Assembly (NCBI GenBank): GCA_036172245.1
Contig: JAYWIR010000014.1
Location: forward strand, 3,100,001 to 3,164,000
Origin: Raillietiella orientalis
Taxonomy: Eukaryota
Direction: 5' to 3'
DNA: 64,000 nt
Numbering within the stretch: position 1 is the first letter of the stretch; every line of letters begins with the position of its first letter. Positions 62,359 through 64,000 of this stretch are shown in pieces. Below the pieces are notes generated by a model. The model saw nothing but the letters and a program-made list of their open reading frames with translations. It did no database searches and was not told the DNA's origin. The translations under genes and the position numbers were made by a program.

Positions 62359-62411
62359 CAAGATTTGGGGGTCACAGACCCGAGTTCCAAATCTCGAGCA
62401 GAGCCTCTTGC
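62359..62411 (+). pseudogene. Possible degenerate mitochondrial tRNA (Trp-like) abutting cox1
   Basis: CAAGA/TCTTG ends, GGGTC-ACA-GACCC D-like arm, CGAG-TTCCAAAT-CTCG anticodon-like arm; position directly before the cox1 start. Confidence 0.3.
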
Positions 62412-62688
62412 AGTGATGACCTCGTCCACGAAAAACAAAGGCAGGGCGCCTCAAATCCGAGCTGCCATCCTCGGTGCTCTGTCAAGATTCGTCGTTTGTC
62501 CAGAACGTTCACGACCGGGTTCTTTCATCAGCAACAATGAACTCCGCGGCATCGTCATTACCGCCCACGCCCTCATCTCAACCTTCATCCCAGTAATAGG
62601 CGGCTTCGACAACCGAGTCACTCTCCTAATGTTAGGCGGGCCAGGTGTGGCCTTCCCACGGTTAAACGCCGTCGAATTCCGCCTCCCA
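62408..62688 (+). pseudogene. cox1: Degenerate 5' cox1 fragment (nuclear mitochondrial segment)
   Basis: STKNKG (STNHKD), PGSFI, IVITAHAL, IGGFDNRVTLLMLGGPGVAFPRLN ([24 protein letters not shown]); AGA at a conserved Ser and CGA at two conserved Trp positions fit the invertebrate mitochondrial code; two in-frame deletions and a 5' frameshift. Confidence 0.92.
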
Positions 62689-63679
62689 GGGATGGTCATC
62701 GGTCGGCGGAGTTCCTGAGGGGGACTCTTCTGCCTCTTTCCCCCCTCCCCTGCGACAAGAGTCGCTACCGGAGAGGGATTGCCGTCGCGGATGAGTTGCA
62801 GCCTCCTCAGATGTTCTTCCTGCTCCTCAGAAAAGTCTCTTCGGCTGCTGCAAACTCGGTTGCCCCGAGCAGCCCTGCCCACCTCCACTCAAAATCGTGA
62901 AGCCTCCGGGTTCCCTCGGCGCGCGAGGAGTTCTGTGAGGTCGTGAGCCATCACCCGCCGCCCTTGGAAAACGGTACTCCTCCCCTCTGGGCATGCGGGC
63001 GGCGGGGCAAGTGATCTCCGGACTTCCCTTGCTGCAGTCTTTCAGGGGTGAACGGAGACAGTCTGCGCCTCGAGGCGAATTCCTTCCCCTCGCCTCTGAG
63101 CGCTCGCGAAGGCTGTGGCAGGCGCTCCTCCCGCCCCTCTCTGGCTGCATCCTCCCCTCCCCACGCGTGCCTTTCCAGTAGGGGGTCTTTCCCATGGCAA
63201 CGACTCTCAGGGAGAACCTGTCGACCTTTTGTGCGTCTCCCTGGCAGGCGGGCTGCAGAGATGCTGTGAGAGGACAGCGCTCCGCTCGTGCTCGGAGCGG
63301 AGGACACTGGAAGTGGAGTTTCGAGACAGCCGGAACGCATTCATCTTAGAGCATCTGCAAAGATGCTCAGCATGGAAGGCACCTTCCCGCCATCATTCAG
63401 AGGCAGCGGCGCAGATGCTGCCGAAGGTTTTCTTCTCCCCATCCCCTCAGAGGGACCTTCCTCAAAGTTCATCACGTCGGCGGGAGGGAAGCGCCCGCTG
63501 CTCCTTCTCCAGGAGGTCGAAGGGGGGGAGGCTGCGTGCGGGTTCCGGCGCCAGCTGAATTGCCCTCCGGCGCTTTTTCGAACTCGAGAGCGGTCCCTCA
63601 ACGCTCCACATTTCCCTTCGGTCCTCGTTGGTCGCTGGGGAACTGAGGCGCGAAGGCAGCAGCACAGCCAGCAGCAGCC

Positions 63680-63960
63680 CTGGAGACCGATGCCGCTTGG
63701 GATCAGAGGAAACTGGACTTCGGCATGGACTGTTTTCAGAAAAGCAAGATGAGATGGGATAAATGGACCGAGGACGTCTCCGTAGGCGAAGAGCAGTCGT
63801 CCTGCAGAGGAAAGCCAAGGAAGAGTTCTTGCAGTAGATGCTCTCTGCACACATGGCAAGTCCTCAAGGATCTGTCTGGGGCATGATGGGAACCTGCCCG
63901 AGGATCTTCTCGCCCTGGAGCGCTAAAGCGTCCAGAAAACACCCAAGGAATGTTTCCTTC
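63680..63960 (-). mobile_element. Fossil LINE RT core (may extend to about 62900)
   Basis: SGRFSAPG..AGSHHAP, EHLLQEL, LFAYGDVL (AYADDL), IGLQ. Confidence 0.5.
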
Positions 63961-64000
63961 CTCTTGGCTCAAACAAGGGAAGGTCAGGGAGCATCCGTCC

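Noticed and set aside
62044..62718. Functional cox1 rescued by RNA editing, or a nuclear-transferred gene
   Set aside because: Only about 95 codons, with deletions in transmembrane segments, a frameshift and changes of several types
1..64000. Prokaryotic or viral systems (CRISPR array, operons, rRNA, giant-virus genes)
   Set aside because: No regularly spaced repeats, no dense real ORFs and no rRNA signatures found

Overview
GC-rich (roughly 60% by eye), CpG-rich eukaryotic DNA with no intact protein-coding gene, rRNA, functional RNA gene or CRISPR array that I can support. Two clues point to an invertebrate animal: a U2 snRNA fragment with the GATCAAAGTG variant, and a cox1 fragment carrying invertebrate-mitochondrial codons. 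Most of the predicted ORFs are compositional noise. Read across frameshifts, however, much of the window resolves into about 35 very old retroelement fossils on both strands: RTE-, CR1/L2-, Jockey/I-like LINEs, Ty3/Gypsy pol and a Penelope-like element. Their motifs are still in the right order but have drifted towards Arg/Gly/Pro/Ala and are interrupted by purine/pyrimidine tracts. The firmest sequence-level calls are: a degenerate cox1 NUMT (62408-62688) with mostly T>C and A>G changes; two 5' U2 snRNA fragments, each flanked by a 7-bp direct repeat (25388-25420, 61187-61218); a diverged, internally rearranged inverted repeat between two LINE fossils (54975-55420 / 57305-57826); and a 58-bp local duplication. 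Short AT-richer islands are of two kinds: TAAT-rich enhancer-like blocks, and CpG-poor patches inside retroelement fossils. All retroelement calls are by-eye motif alignments against remembered consensus sequences; boundaries are approximate (about 100 bp) and need HMM or tBLASTn confirmation.
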